NCBI GenBank assembly: GCA_964291265.2
Contig: OZ219747.1
Coordinates: 1,696,001 to 1,760,000, forward strand
Length of the DNA: 64,000 bases
Source: Alphaproteobacteria bacterium
GTDB lineage: Bacteria; Pseudomonadota; Alphaproteobacteria; SP197
Direction of reading: 5' to 3'
This document shows, one piece after another, positions 41,772 to 54,009 of the stretch. A program made the translations under genes and the position numbers. A model generated the notes under the pieces. It made no database searches and was not told the DNA's origin. It saw only the letters and a list, made by a program, of their open reading frames with translations. Numbering within the stretch: the stretch's first letter is position 1; every line of letters begins with the position of its first letter.

Positions 41772-44700
41772 ATGCGGATCAGGCGCCACTTCACCACCGC
41801 AGGCAAGGATGCCTATCACGGCATAGGCTTTCGCAAGGCGATGAGCGAGATCCGAAATCCCGATGGCTCGGTCGTTTTCCGGCAGGAGGGAATCGAGGTT
41901 CCCGACACCTGGTCCCAGGTCGCCTGCGACATCATTGCCCAGAAGTACTTCCGCAAGGCGGGTGTGCCCGACAGCCTGCAGGTGGTCGAGGAAGGGTCGG
42001 TTCCCGGCTGGCTCAGCCGTCGCGAAGCCGCACCGGGTGCCGGCACGACCGGTGAAACGGACAGTCGGCAGGTCTTTGACCGCATGGCCGGAACCTGGGC
42101 CTACTGGGGCTGGAAGGGCGGTTACTTCGACCGGGAAGCGGATGCGCGCACCTTCTTCGACGAGGTGCGGTTCATGCTGGCCTCGCAGGTTGCGGCGCCC
42201 AACTCACCGCAGTGGTTCAACACCGGCCTTCACTGGGCCTACGGCATCTCGGGCCCGGCGCAGGGTCACTACTACGTCAACCACGAGACGGGCCGTCTCA
42301 ACCGTTCGACCAATGCCTACGAGCGGCCCCAGCCCCACGCCTGTTTCATCCAGAGCGTGACCGACGACCTGGTCAACGAGAACGGCATCATGGACCTTTG
42401 GGTGCGGGAGGCGCGTCTCTTCAAGTTCGGATCCGGCACCGGGTCGAATTTCTCGGCCCTGAGGGGCGAGGGCGAACCGCTGTCGGGTGGCGGCCGTTCA
42501 TCGGGCCTCATGAGTTTCCTCAAGGTGGGCGACAGGGCGGCAGGGGCCATCAAGTCCGGTGGCACGACACGCCGCGCCGCCAAGATGGTGGTCGTCGACA
42601 TCGATCACCCCGATGTCGAGAACTTCATCTCCTGGAAGATGGTCGAGGAACAGAAGGTGGCGGCGCTCGTCGCCGGGTCGAAGCAGTGCCACAGGCACCT
42701 CAATGCCGTGATGCAGGCATGCCACGAGGGAGACCGTCACGACGAAACCAGGTTCAATCCGAAAGCAAATTCCTCTCTGCGCAAGGCCGTTCTGGCATGT
42801 CGCCGGGCGATGGTTCCGGAGGCCGGAATCCAGCGAGTGCTCCAGCTGGCGCGCCAGGGCTACCGCACGGTCGAGTTTCCGGTGCTGGACACGGACTGGG
42901 ATTCGGAAGCCTACAGGACCGTTTCGGGACAGAACGCCAACAATTCGGTCAGGGTGACCAACGATTTCCTCGACGCCGTCGAGGCCGACCGCAACTGGGA
43001 CCTGATACGCCGCACCGACGGCACGGTGTCGAGGTCCGTGAAGGCGCGGGATCTGTGGGACAGGATCGCCTTTGCGGCCTGGGCTTCGGCGGATCCCGGA
43101 CTCCAGTACGACACGACGATCAACGAGTGGCACACCTGCCCCGGGTCGGGACGGATCAATGCCTCCAATCCCTGTTCGGAGTACATGTTCCTCGATGACA
43201 CGGCGTGCAATCTCGCTTCCCTCAATCTCCTCAAGTTCCGGCAGGACGATGGCCGCTTCGATATCGCCGCCTTCGAGCATGCGGTCCGGTTGTGGACCAT
43301 CGTGCTGGAGATATCGGTCATGATGGCCCAGTTCCCGTCCCGGGAGATCGCCAGGCGGTCATACGACTTCCGGTCTCTGGGACTCGGCTATGCCAACCTC
43401 GGCGGTCTGCTGATGGCATCGGGCCACTCGTACGACTCCGTGGCAGGCCGGGCCTTCTGCGGCGCGGTCAGCGCCATCATGACCGGCGTCGGTTACGCCA
43501 CGAGCGCCGAGATGGCCGGCGAGCTCGGATCCTTCCCCGGCTTCGCCCGTAACCGGGACGACATGCTGCGGGTCATGCGCAACCACCGCCGGGCCGCCAT
43601 CAGCGGACAGGACAACTACGAAGGATTGTCGGTGTTGCCGGTGGCCATCGATCACGCAGCACTGCCTCTGCCCGAACTCGGTGAGGCGGCGGTCCGAGCG
43701 TGGGACGAGGCTCTCCGGCTCGGTGAACTGCACGGCTACCGCAATGCCCAGGCGACGGTGATCGCGCCGACGGGAACCATCGGCCTTGTCATGGACTGCG
43801 ACACCACGGGCATCGAACCCGACTTCGCGCTGGTGAAGTTCAAGAAGCTGGCCGGTGGCGGCTACTTCAAGATCATCAACCGGACGGTGCCGGTGGCCCT
43901 GGCTTCTCTGGGTTACGCCGAACACGAAATCACGGCGATGATCACCCACGCAGTCGGCCATGGAACGCTCGCCGGTGCGCCGTCGGTAAATCACGAGACT
44001 CTTCGCGCCAGGGGATTCACGGACGAAGTCCTGGAGAAGGTCGAAAGTTCGCTTGAGGCGGCATTCGACATCCGTTTCGTCTTCAACAGATGGACCCTCG
44101 GCGAGGACTTCTGTACCGAAACGCTGGTAATCGATGCCAAGGACCTGGACGACCCTGCCTTCGATCTCCTGGCGGCCATCGGCTTCAGCCGGGCCGACAT
44201 CGAGGCCGCCAACGGCTTCTGCTGTGGCGCCATGACCCTCGAGGGGGCACCGCACATTCGTGATGAGCATCTGGCAGTCTTCGACTGCGCCAATCCCTGC
44301 GGCCGCGAGGGCAGGCGGTTCCTGTCGACCGAAAGTCACATCAGGATGATGGCGTCCGCCCAGCCCTTCATTTCGGGCGCCATATCCAAGACGATCAACA
44401 TGCCTGCCAACGCCTCGGTCGAGGAGTGCCGCGACACCTACAAGCTCTCCTGGCGTCTCGGCCTCAAGGCCAATGCACTCTACCGCGACGGTTCGAAACT
44501 CTCGCAACCCCTGTCTGCCGTGCATCTCGGCGGTCTGGCAGAGGAACTCGAGGACGCGCAGGACCGCCCCGAGGCGATCCGCAAGGTTGTCACCACCATC
44601 GTGCGCAACGAGCGCCGGCGCCTCGACAATCGCCGCCGCGGCTATACCCAGAAGGCCATTGTCGGTGGCCACAAGGTCTACCTGAAGACCGGCGAATACG

Positions 44701-45320
44701 TCGACGGCAGTCTGGGCGAGATCTTCATCGACATGCACAAGGAAGGAGCCGCCTTCCGCAGCCTGATGAACAATTTCGCCATCGCCGTGTCGATCGGCCT
44801 GCAATACGGCGTGCCGCTCGAAGAATTCGTGGACGCCTATACCTTCACCCGCTTCGAGCCCAGCGGCATGGTCGAGGGCAACGACACGATCAAGATGTCG
44901 ACGTCCATCCTCGACTACATTTTCAGGGAACTGGCGATCAGCTATCTCGCTCGCAACGACCTCGCCCATGTCGAGCCTGGCGACCTGATGCCGGACACGG
45001 TGGGTCGCGGCGATGCCGGCGAGGAGTTCGCCGAACGTGATGACGGCATGGCCGAGGTGCAGAGCCTTCTCGAACAGGTGGCCAGCAAGGGCTACATGCG
45101 GGGCCGTCACCTCCAGGTTCTCGAAGGCGGGCGCCAGGCCGAACCGATCAGGATGGCTGCAACTCAACACGAAACGATTGCAGGCGTCACCGCAGTCGAT
45201 GCGGCACGCATGCAAGGCTATGAGGGAGACCCGTGCGAAGAATGCGGCAACCTCACGCTGGTCCGCAACGGGACCTGTCTCAAGTGCGTCACGTGTGGTG
45301 CGACAAGTGGATGCTCTTGA
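41772..45320 (+). CDS. nrdJ: Vitamin B12-dependent (class II) ribonucleotide reductase
   Basis: [33 protein letters not shown]-terminal [19 protein letters not shown]. Confidence 0.95.
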   Translation: MRIRRHFTTAGKDAYHGIGFRKAMSEIRNPDGSVVFRQEGIEVPDTWSQVACDIIAQKYFRKAGVPDSLQVVEEGSVPGWLSRREAAPGAGTTGETDSRQVFDRMAGTWAYWGWKGGYFDREADARTFFDEVRFMLASQVAAPNSPQWFNTGLHWAYGISGPAQGHYYVNHETGRLNRSTNAYERPQPHACFIQSVTDDLVNENGIMDLWVREARLFKFGSGTGSNFSALRGEGEPLSGGGRSSGLMSFLKVGDRAAGAIKSGGTTRRAAKMVVVDIDHPDVENFISWKMVEEQKVAALVAGSKQCHRHLNAVMQACHEGDRHDETRFNPKANSSLRKAVLACRRAMVPEAGIQRVLQLARQGYRTVEFPVLDTDWDSEAYRTVSGQNANNSVRVTNDFLDAVEADRNWDLIRRTDGTVSRSVKARDLWDRIAFAAWASADPGLQYDTTINEWHTCPGSGRINASNPCSEYMFLDDTACNLASLNLLKFRQDDGRFDIAAFEHAVRLWTIVLEISVMMAQFPSREIARRSYDFRSLGLGYANLGGLLMASGHSYDSVAGRAFCGAVSAIMTGVGYATSAEMAGELGSFPGFARNRDDMLRVMRNHRRAAISGQDNYEGLSVLPVAIDHAALPLPELGEAAVRAWDEALRLGELHGYRNAQATVIAPTGTIGLVMDCDTTGIEPDFALVKFKKLAGGGYFKIINRTVPVALASLGYAEHEITAMITHAVGHGTLAGAPSVNHETLRARGFTDEVLEKVESSLEAAFDIRFVFNRWTLGEDFCTETLVIDAKDLDDPAFDLLAAIGFSRADIEAANGFCCGAMTLEGAPHIRDEHLAVFDCANPCGREGRRFLSTESHIRMMASAQPFISGAISKTINMPANASVEECRDTYKLSWRLGLKANALYRDGSKLSQPLSAVHLGGLAEELEDAQDRPEAIRKVVTTIVRNERRRLDNRRRGYTQKAIVGGHKVYLKTGEYVDGSLGEIFIDMHKEGAAFRSLMNNFAIAVSIGLQYGVPLEEFVDAYTFTRFEPSGMVEGNDTIKMSTSILDYIFRELAISYLARNDLAHVEPGDLMPDTVGRGDAGEEFAERDDGMAEVQSLLEQVASKGYMRGRHLQVLEGGRQAEPIRMAATQHETIAGVTAVDAARMQGYEGDPCEECGNLTLVRNGTCLKCVTCGATSGCS

Positions 45321-45400
45321 ATCCCGTTGCAGGCGTGGGCGGTCAGGCCTGGCGATCGGCCGGCTGACTGCCTGATTTCATGGTGTGTCCTCCCCAACTT

Positions 45401-45432
45401 GGGGGGTGGGTTCCGACCTGCCCCCCTTTTTT
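45401..45432 (+). terminator. Rho-independent terminator after nrdJ
   Basis: GGGGGGTGGGT-TCCG-ACCTGCCCCCC followed by TTTTTT. Confidence 0.8.
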
Positions 45433-45581
45433 GTTCCCGTGGCCCGCTTCCATCGCTCTTGGCATGGCACGGCGCTCTTTCGTCTGTTCACCGAACATCC
45501 GCTGAAAGGCAGCGCCGGTGCGGCGAGTTGTCATGGCGGTCAATCTATGCTGCACTGCACAATGACCAGTTCGGGGTGGGT

Positions 45582-46433
45582 ATGACGCCTGTACGCACCG
45601 TGGCGGCGCTGCGCCGTCAACTGGATGAATGGCGGGTGGCCGGTGACACCATCGCCCTCGTACCCACGATGGGCGCCCTGCACGATGGACACCTCGCCCT
45701 TGTTCGGGCGGCGAGGGAAGGCGCCTGTCGCGTGGTGACGAGTCTCTTCGTCAACCCCGCCCAGTTCGCCGCCGGTGAGGATTTCGCCAGCTATCCAAGG
45801 GACGAGACGGCAGACATGGAAGGCTTTCGCGCTGCCGGCGTCGATCTTGTCTATGCCCCGGGAATCGAGGACATGTACCCCCCGGGCTTTGCCACGTCTG
45901 TCACGCCAGGCGCCGCCGCACGGGGGCTCGAGGCCGATTGCCGGGAAGGCTTCTTTTCGGGCGTTGCCATCGTGGTGCTCAAGCTCTTCATGCAGACCGG
46001 CGCCGACATGGCAGTGTTCGGGGAAAAGGACTACCAGCAGCTTGTCGTCGTGAAGCAGATGGTTCGCGACCTCGATCTTCGGATTGACATCGTTGCGGTG
46101 CCCACGGTGCGCGAGGCGAACGGTCTCGCCATGTCCTCGCGCAATGCCTATCTCGGTGCGGCAGAGCGCGACCGCGCAGCCGGACTCTTCCGCATCCTGA
46201 TGGAGACGCGCGGTGTCCTTGGCGAAGGAGAACCTCCGGACATGGCGATCCGGAACGCCTCGAGGCGCCTCGAGGCCGCCTTCGATGCCGTCGACTATCT
46301 TTCGCTGCGCGATCCCGTCACCCTCGGAGTGGTCGAGTCGCGGGCCAGTGCGGCAAGGCTGCTGTCGGCGGTGCGTCTCGGAGGAACCCGGTTGATCGAC
46401 AACGTGGCGGTGATGCTGCCGGGAGGAGGCTGA
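45582..46433 (+). CDS. panC: Pantoate--beta-alanine ligase
   Basis: VPTMGALHDGH, FVNPAQF, FGEKDYQQ, GLAMSSRN, RLIDN. Confidence 0.95.
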   Translation: MTPVRTVAALRRQLDEWRVAGDTIALVPTMGALHDGHLALVRAAREGACRVVTSLFVNPAQFAAGEDFASYPRDETADMEGFRAAGVDLVYAPGIEDMYPPGFATSVTPGAAARGLEADCREGFFSGVAIVVLKLFMQTGADMAVFGEKDYQQLVVVKQMVRDLDLRIDIVAVPTVREANGLAMSSRNAYLGAAERDRAAGLFRILMETRGVLGEGEPPDMAIRNASRRLEAAFDAVDYLSLRDPVTLGVVESRASAARLLSAVRLGGTRLIDNVAVMLPGGG

Positions 46434-46437
46434 AACC

Positions 46438-47271
46438 ATGGTGCCCGGTCTTCCGGAGAAACCGGATCCACGCGGACTGCTTGGCCCCCGGGGTGGCACG
46501 CCGATCGTCGGATTGACCGCCTACACGGCGCCCATGGCCGCCAGGATCGACCGGCATGTGGATTTCATCCTGGTCGGCGATTCGGTCGCCATGGTGCTCT
46601 ACGGCATGGAGACAACGCGGACCATCGACATCGACACGATGATCCGTCATGGCCGGGCTGTCGCGAGGGCAGCCGCCAGTACCCTGGTCGTCATCGACAT
46701 GCCCTTCGGCACCTATGAGCATAACCGGGACGTGGCCCTTTCCAATGCCCGGCGCATGCTCGCGGAGACGGGCTGCGATGCCGTGAAGATGGAGGGCGGG
46801 GACAGCCTTGCCGGGACAGTCGAGGCTGCGGTGGCCGACGGCATTCCCGTGATGGGCCATGTCGGACTGATGCCGCAGCGAGCGCGGAGCGTCGCCCAGA
46901 TGCGTTCCAGGGGCCATTCGGATACCACCCGGCGGCGCATCCTGAAGGATGCCCGGGCGATTGCCCGGGCCGGAGCCTTTGCCATCGTTGTCGAGGGAGT
47001 CGTCGAGAGCGTGGCGCGCGACATCACGCAGGCCTCGTCCGTACCCGTCATCGGGATCGGGGCATCGGTCGCCTGCGACGGGCAGATCCTCGTCACCGAG
47101 GATATGACCGGCATGTTCGACACCTTCACACCGAAGTTCGTGAAGCGCTATGCCGAGGTCGGAAAGATCGTGGAGGCGGCGGTCATGGCCTATGCCTGCG
47201 ATGTCCGCAACCGCCGCTTTCCGGGCCCCGAGCACACCTTCGCCAAGCGGCCAAGGAGGACCGCGGATTGA
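46438..47271 (+). CDS. panB: 3-methyl-2-oxobutanoate hydroxymethyltransferase
   Basis: LTAY, LVGDS, DMPFGTY, AVKMEGG, GHVGLMPQ, DGQILV, PKFVKRY. Confidence 0.94.
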   Translation: MVPGLPEKPDPRGLLGPRGGTPIVGLTAYTAPMAARIDRHVDFILVGDSVAMVLYGMETTRTIDIDTMIRHGRAVARAAASTLVVIDMPFGTYEHNRDVALSNARRMLAETGCDAVKMEGGDSLAGTVEAAVADGIPVMGHVGLMPQRARSVAQMRSRGHSDTTRRRILKDARAIARAGAFAIVVEGVVESVARDITQASSVPVIGIGASVACDGQILVTEDMTGMFDTFTPKFVKRYAEVGKIVEAAVMAYACDVRNRRFPGPEHTFAKRPRRTAD

Positions 47272-47759
47272 GGAGCCGGACTGAGGAGCAGTTCCCGACC
47301 TTGACCCGCCCGACGGAAACCGGAGGACGACCGGATCCAGTCGCACTGGATCCGCATGCGGCATGACTCCAGCGCCGTCTGTCATCGATTGCCAGCACCA
47401 CGCCGGCATGGCTGGTGCAGGCCGGAGGTGCCGGGGCCGACCAGGAAGAAGGATCGCGCCCTCCTTGCAGGCCTTGCTGCGTCCCCGATGTCCGCGCTGT
47501 GGGTGCTTGTGCATCCGGCCACTCGGACCGTTGATGGCATTGAATGAACATGCAGGAAGGCGCCGAAGTCGACGGATCACGTCCGCCGCCAAGGGGCGAG
47601 GCACCCGACGGATGGTGACGGGTTCCCTCAACCCATTCGGCCTTGGCTGGCTGGCAGGTATCGCGCACGACCTCGACCGGCAGCGGGAACGGACAATCTC
47701 TGGTGCCGAACGATTCAGGGAGCGCCGGATCTCTCGTTTTGCGGGGATGCGCCAGCCGC

Positions 47760-49560
47760 GCCTTCTCCGCCGCGGTCCGCGTCGGCAGTTTCGAGACCGG
47801 CTCACCCTGCGGATCGTGGTCCTCCAGCCTCCCATCGGTGGATGTGAAGGATGTTGGCGTCCCATGCCCTGGGCTGTGCCTGCCGGCGTCTTGCCGTAGA
47901 CTGGCACGAGAAGTACGGGGTGATGAGGCTGGTTCTGGCGTACACGTATGTGGACCCCGAGCACAGCGGCGCGAGCTACCGGGCGGCGGGCTGGGAGCGC
48001 TGTGAGGAGATGACCTCGGGTCGACCTCCCGGGGCCACCGGCCCGGGCGTGCGGCGGTCCGTATGGATGAAGCCCCTGACGCCTGACTGGCGCGCCGTGC
48101 TGTGCCGGGAGCCTGAGCGTGTCATGGGCCAGGCGGCGCCCCTTGTCGGTGATGACAGGACCGACTGGGCGATGAGGGAGTACGCCCGCAGCAGCCACAG
48201 TGACGTGCGCATCCGCGAGCGCCTTGTCACCATGGGCCGGGCGTGGAACGATCGTCCCGGCGCGATCCTGCCGGTGATCTTCCCCGGCGAGGCGGAGCAG
48301 AAGGCGGCCTACCGCCTGTTGTCGAATCCGAGGGTGACGATGGAGCATATCCTTGAGGGGCACCAGGAAGCGATGGTGGAACGCTGCCGTTCGCAGCGCC
48401 TGATTCTTGCCATCCAGGACACGACGTTCTTGAATTACAATGGCTTGGAGGCGACCAAGGGTCTTGTTGACATCGGCGGCGGCGGCTCGGGCGCCCTTGG
48501 CATGGCGGCCCATGCCGGGGTTGCCTTCAGCGAAGGCGGCTCATCCCTCGGCCTGTTCCATCTCGACGCCGACTTCCGTCTCAAGCCGGATCAGAAGAAG
48601 GACGAGCCAGACGACAAGGAGAGCCGGCGCTGGCTCGACGGGTACGACAAGGCCGTGGAACTGGCCGCTGCCTGTCCTTCGACAAGGGTGTTGGTGATCT
48701 GTGACCGTGAAGGCGACATCTGGGACCTGCTGGCCCGGAGCACGGAGCACGAGGCCGGTCTGCTGGTGCGTGTCAAGCGCTCGACACGGCGCCGCGTGAT
48801 CACCGCAACGGGCGCATGCCGGGACCTTTGGGACTACATGGCCGATGAGCCGTGCATGGCGACGAAGCAGATCGACATCGCAGCCTGCGGAGGGCCGCGT
48901 CGTCGCAAGGAGCGCAAGGGCGTACGCCTCGAAGTCCGTGCGGCAAGGGTCGACCTGGCTGCGCCGGACAAGAAGCCTCAGACAACGCCGCCGCTCTCCA
49001 TGATGGCCGTGCGGGTCACGGAACCCGCCCCACCGCCAGGCCGCGATCCTCAGGACTGGATGCTTCTCACCACCGAAGGCGACGTCACCGCAGACGATGC
49101 CCTCAAGACCGTCTCCTTCTACGAGAGGCGATGGTGGATCGAAGAGTACTTCAAGGCCCTGAAGGTCGGCACCCGGATCAAGGACCGGCGCCTCAACCAG
49201 GCCGACGATCTGAGGAAGTGCCTGGCCTTCGACGCCATCACCGCATGCCGCGTCATGACCGTCGAGCGTCTCGCACGCTCAGAGCCAGCCTGAGCCCGCA
49301 AGCCGCATCGTCCACCAAGGACGAGATCACGGTCCTTGCCCATCCACAACCGGCCGACAGCGCATGTCGCGTGGATCTCCCGATCCCGAACCGACCATCG
49401 AAGCCTTGCCGTCGAGGTCGCACGCCTGGCGGGCGTCATCCCCGGAAAGCGCCAACCCCTGCCGTCGGGTAGACGATTGGCGCGTGCATCCATAAGCCGA
49501 AGTTCCAGGGCTGATCAGGCGCAAGTATATGATATGAATGACATTCAATGGATCTCAGAG
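47760..49560 (+). pseudogene. Second, 5'-truncated and frameshifted DUF4338-IS4 transposase
   Basis: ORF 47851-49293 is paralogous to 15179-17470 (AYTYVDPEHSGASYRAAGW, LAIQDTT, CDREGD, YERRWWIEEYFKALK); frame breaks at both ends. Confidence 0.8.
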
Positions 49561-50018
49561 GCGTCTGACTGGGTACATTACGGCTTTACACCGAGGAGTT
49601 TGAGTGTTCTTCTCTGGAGCGGCGTGGGCCGCGTAGTGATCTGTGTCGGCGGCGATTTAGAACGGCGGGATATTGGCGGAGAACCGCTCTTTTGGGCGCT
49701 GATCGTGTGAGTGGGTGACCACGACAGGAGAACGTGCGGCATTGGACGAAGGTCCGCCCGGTCTTTGTTTTCTGCCTATTGTTGGATCCCATTGGTCTTG
49801 CATTGACGTTGACGATGTCGTTCCGGTCGGCGTTTTCTGGCGTTCGGCGTTTGTGGAACGTGATGTGGGAGGGGAGCTTCAGGCTTTTGCGCGTGGTTTC
49901 GTTCTGGCGTTCTCCGTCCTCGTCGTGGTTCGTCGGGCGGGACGATCTCGAGGCTGGAGAGCTGACGGTTTCTGTTGCGCTGGGCGAAGAGGCTGCGTGC
50001 GTTGCGGTTGCGGCGGCG

Positions 50019-50735
50019 CAGGGTGCGGCAGGCGTCGAGTGTTTTCGGGCGGATGCTGCGACCTGTGAGCCAGTCCGGCGGCGGATCGGGCGTTGCTGCG
50101 GCTCAGCGGCTGCGGCAGTCTCGTGATGCGGTGTCGTTTGGACGGCCCGGGGGTTTCCCCGGGGAGGCTGAGAAGCGCGTCGGGGTGAGACGTTCTCATT
50201 CCTGGATGGTAACGCGTGACCGCGTTCAAGGGTCTTGCGGGATCACGTATCCCTTCCGTAGCCGCGTGGCGGTTCGATGTCCTCGAGGGCCTCGATGTCG
50301 GCATCGGCGACGATCTGCAGGCGTTCTCCGTAAGGCGTGTCACGGAGGGTTTCGGGGATGCTGTCGAGGCGGTCACGCCATTCGTCCTGCAGGGTGCGGC
50401 AGGCGTTGAGTGTTTTCGGGCGGATGCTGCGACCTGTGAGCCAGCCCGGCCAGCGGCTGCGGCAGTCTCGTGATGCGGTGTCGTTTGGACGGCCCGGGGG
50501 TTTCCCGGGGAGGCTGAGAAGCGCGTCGGGGTGAGACGTTCTCATTCCTGGATGGTAACGCGTGACCGCGTTCAAGGGTCTTGCGGGATCACGTATCCCT
50601 TCCGTAGCCGCGTGGCGGTTCGATGTCCTCGAGGGCCTCGATGTCGGCATCGGCGACGCTCTGCAGGCGTTCTCCGTAAGGCGTGTCACGGAGGCTTTCG
50701 GGGATGCTGTCGAGGTGGTCACGCCATTCGTCCTG
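50019..50735. repeat. Tandem duplication as in copy 1
   Basis: Units start CAGGGTGCGG at 50019 and 50390. Confidence 0.85.
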
Positions 50736-50879
50736 CAGGGCGCGCAGTTCGGCCACGGCGTCGTTCCAGCGTTGCGGTCGCGAGCGCCGGTCACGGTGCT
50801 TTGGGGTGTGGACGGGAGGGATGCCGGCCTTGCGCCGTTCCCGGTATCGCCGCTGCTTTTCGGCGGGCGTGAGGGGCAT
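50589..50879 (-). CDS. Small basic hypothetical protein, copy 2
   Basis: MPLTPAEKQRRYRER..., a few substitutions versus copy 1. Confidence 0.7.
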   Translation of the reverse strand: MPLTPAEKQRRYRERRKAGIPPVHTPKHRDRRSRPQRWNDAVAELRALQDEWRDHLDSIPESLRDTPYGERLQSVADADIEALEDIEPPRGYGRDT

Positions 50880-50905
50880 GAGTGGTCTCCTTGTGACGGA
50901 CGTGG

Positions 50906-51799
50906 TCATGATCTCGCTTGTGGTTCTTTGGTCCTGGCGTTGACGACGTCGTTCCAGTCGGCGTTTTCCGGCGGTCTGCGTCTGTGGAACGAGACGTGGG
51001 AGGGGAGCTTCATCTTTTTGCGCAGGGTTTCGGCCTGTCGCTCTCCGGCCTCGTCGTGGTCCTGGGCGAGGACGATGGTCCTGACGTTGGGCAGGCTGCT
51101 TGCGGCGAGGCTGATCTGTTCGTGCTGTCTTCGCGAGGGTGCCCCGGCGGTGGAGAGGAAGGCGTGGCTGGGGGGACATTGGTCGATCTGGGCCAGGCTG
51201 AGGGCGTCGACGGCGCTTTCGGTGATGACGAGGGCCTCGAGGTCCGCGGCGGTTCCGGCGCGGACGGCGAACAGGCTTCGGGTTCCACCGGTGGCGAAGC
51301 GTTTCGGTCCGTCGGGGGGACCGATCTCGAAGCCGGTGAGCTTTCGCTTCCTGTTGCGATGGGCGAAGAGGACGCGTCCGTTGTGGTCGCGGCGGACCAG
51401 GGGGCGGCAGGTGTCGAGGGTCTCCGGGAGGATGCCGCGCCCGGTGAGCCAGTCCGGGGCCGCATCGGGCGTTGCCGCGGCCCAGAGGCTGCGGAAGTCG
51501 CGTGGCGCGGTGTCGGGTGCTGCGAAGCGGGTGCAGATGTCGGCGAAGGCCAGTCCGCGGTTGAGCATGAAGTCGATGACGGTTCCGTTGTCTTCATCGT
51601 TCTGGGTGTTGAAGTAGACCCAGTGTCCGTTGTTGAGGCACTTCGTGACGAGCTTCGGCAGGCCGGGTGCGCACAGGACGGGGTTGGCGCGTGTCGAGGC
51701 CTGTTCGTCGCGGACGTATCCCCAGTCGGCGGCGATGCGTTCGAACGGCATGCGCTTGACGGCGTCGAAGTCGACGCGGCGGGGTTTATCGGGTTTCAC
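50906..51799 (-). CDS. TOPRIM primase-like protein, copy 2
   Basis: Same motifs as 7297-8190. Confidence 0.8.
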   Translation of the reverse strand: MKPDKPRRVDFDAVKRMPFERIAADWGYVRDEQASTRANPVLCAPGLPKLVTKCLNNGHWVYFNTQNDEDNGTVIDFMLNRGLAFADICTRFAAPDTAPRDFRSLWAAATPDAAPDWLTGRGILPETLDTCRPLVRRDHNGRVLFAHRNRKRKLTGFEIGPPDGPKRFATGGTRSLFAVRAGTAADLEALVITESAVDALSLAQIDQCPPSHAFLSTAGAPSRRQHEQISLAASSLPNVRTIVLAQDHDEAGERQAETLRKKMKLPSHVSFHRRRPPENADWNDVVNARTKEPQARS

Positions 51800-52487
51800 G
51801 CCTGAGCCGCCAGGAGTCGCTGTCGATGGAGATGAGGGTTGCGTCGTGCATGAGCCGGTCGACGGTGCCGGCGATGCCGGAGGCGCTGGGGAAGACGCGG
51901 TCCCACTGGGCGAAGGCGAGGCTTGTCGTGACCATGGTCGAGCGGCGCTGATAGCGCCGCGAGACGATGGCGTAGAGGATGTCGGCATGGTGGCTTTCGA
52001 GGGTCACGTAGCCGATTTCGTCGAGGATGAGCAGGCGGGGCCTGGCGAGGATCGCGAGGCGGCGGCGCAGCTCGCTGCGCGAGACGGTCTCGGCGAGTGC
52101 CTCGAGCAGTTCCGGCGCCTTCTCGAAGCGGACGGTGTGGCCGTGCAGCAGGGCCTGGTGCGCCACGTTGGCGGCGATCATGGTCTTTCCGGTGCCCTGC
52201 CCGCCGACGAGCACGGCGTTGTCCGCACGGTCGACGAAGCCGAGGCCGAGGAGCGCTTCGACATGAGCCCGGCTGATGTCGCGCGGCCATGTCCAGTCGA
52301 AGTCCGCCAGGGGCTTGAAGGCGGGCAGCCGCGCCGCGGCGCGGCGGCGCTCGTGGCTGCGGGCCCTGCGGGCCTGTTCCTCGCCGCTGACCACCTCCTC
52401 GATCCATGCGGTCCCGGCGACCTCGTCCCAGCGTTCGACGAGCCCGTGGAGGCCGAGCGCCCGGGCACGCTCCCTGAGCTCGCTCAT
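51786..52487 (-). CDS. istB: IstB ATPase, copy 2
   Basis: GGQGTGKT, LLILDEIGY. Confidence 0.92.
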   Translation of the reverse strand: MSELRERARALGLHGLVERWDEVAGTAWIEEVVSGEEQARRARSHERRRAAARLPAFKPLADFDWTWPRDISRAHVEALLGLGFVDRADNAVLVGGQGTGKTMIAANVAHQALLHGHTVRFEKAPELLEALAETVSRSELRRRLAILARPRLLILDEIGYVTLESHHADILYAIVSRRYQRRSTMVTTSLAFAQWDRVFPSASGIAGTVDRLMHDATLISIDSDSWRLRRETR

Positions 52488-53977
52488 GTCTTGTTCCTGG
52501 CGCTGGCTTCGGGCCTGTCGTAGGCGTCGAGAGCGGTCCCCCGCGGCGTCGTGCCACGGCCGCCGCGGCCGTCGTCGGCGATGCTGAGGGGCGGCAGGCC
52601 CTGCTCCCGGCGGCGCTCCTCGATGATGACGCGCACGGTTTCGGGGTGGCACGAGCCGCGCTCCAGCGCCGTGGCGACAGCCCGGTCGAGAGCGTCGGCG
52701 CCGTGCGCGTTGAGAAGCGTCTCCAGCATCCGGGCGCAGGAGGCCACGTTGCGCCCGTTGGTCCCGGCGCGCGCCAGCATCTCCTCGGCCCGCGGCACGG
52801 TGCGCAGGACCCGGTCGCGGACGCTCATGGAGCGGGCCCGCCGCTTGCCCGCGGCGATCGCCCTGGCATGCTCCGGATCGGTGACGGCCTGCTTCCTGTC
52901 GTAGGAGCGTCGGTGGCGCGCGACCTCGTCGGCGCCGTCGAGGATGCGAACCTCGTCGCGGTCGGCGACCAGCGTCAGCAGGGCCTTGGAGAAGCCGGGG
53001 GGAACGCTGTAGTCGTTGGTGTCGAAGCGGGCGTGGCAGGTCTTGTCGATGCGCACCGGGCGGACCTCGTGATGCGGGAAGGGGTCGACGGGAAGGACGA
53101 TCAGGTGCTCCCTCTCCCGGGCGAAGGCGTCCCGCACCAGGAGACTGTCGTCGTCCGGCCAGGGCCGCTCCGCGGCGGCGCCGAAGCACCACTCCCGAAC
53201 TGCGGCGTTGAGCTCGCCGAGCGGGACCGTGATGTCGCGCCCGGCGAAGAACCCGGTGCGCGCGAAGCGCACACGGCGTTCCACGCGGCCCTTCTCCTGC
53301 GGGCTCCTGGGCCAGGCGGCGCTCGGTTCGAAGGCATAGTGGGCCGCAAGGCCGAGCAGCATCGGATGATAGGTGACCGCCTTGCCGCGGCGCGTCACCA
53401 CGGCACTCTTCAGGTTGTCGTACAGAAGCCTCCGCGGCACACCCCCGAATGCCGCGAAAGCCTCGACATGGCCTTGCAGGAAGCTGGCCATCCGCGCGTC
53501 GTGGAACAGGCTCAGGACAGTCTGGCGCGAGTAGCTGAGGGTGACGAGAAGCCCCATGAGCCTGCGCTCCGCCCGGCCGATGCGGACCTTCCCGAACTCG
53601 GCCCAGTCAACCTGCGCCTGCTCGCCCGGAAGGAAGCTCAGCCGCAGCGACGGCTCGGGCCTCTTCACCGGCCTCAGCCCGAGGCGGCGCAGGTCGTGAC
53701 GGAAGTGATCCTCGCCGCCGCGGTAGCCCAGAGCCACGACCTGTCGCCAGAGCGTGCTGGCCGGAAGGTCCGGCGACGCCTCAAGACGCTCCCCGAGGAA
53801 GGCAACGAAGGGGTCGATGAGCTTGGCCCGCGGCCGCCGCTCCTGCCCCGACGCCTTGAGCGCCCGCGTCACCGTGCCGTGGTGCACGCCGAGATGCCGG
53901 GCAATCGTCCCCACAGCCCAGCCCTCGGCCCGCGACAGCCGCACGATCGTCGCCCGCGTGTCCTCGTCGATCGCCAT
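52484..53977 (-). CDS. istA: IstA transposase, copy 2
   Basis: Nearly identical to 8875-10368. Confidence 0.93.
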   Translation of the reverse strand: MAIDEDTRATIVRLSRAEGWAVGTIARHLGVHHGTVTRALKASGQERRPRAKLIDPFVAFLGERLEASPDLPASTLWRQVVALGYRGGEDHFRHDLRRLGLRPVKRPEPSLRLSFLPGEQAQVDWAEFGKVRIGRAERRLMGLLVTLSYSRQTVLSLFHDARMASFLQGHVEAFAAFGGVPRRLLYDNLKSAVVTRRGKAVTYHPMLLGLAAHYAFEPSAAWPRSPQEKGRVERRVRFARTGFFAGRDITVPLGELNAAVREWCFGAAAERPWPDDDSLLVRDAFAREREHLIVLPVDPFPHHEVRPVRIDKTCHARFDTNDYSVPPGFSKALLTLVADRDEVRILDGADEVARHRRSYDRKQAVTDPEHARAIAAGKRRARSMSVRDRVLRTVPRAEEMLARAGTNGRNVASCARMLETLLNAHGADALDRAVATALERGSCHPETVRVIIEERRREQGLPPLSIADDGRGGRGTTPRGTALDAYDRPEASARNKT

Positions 53978-54009
53978 GAACTCCCTCCCTTTGGTTCCTC
54001 AACGCCGCA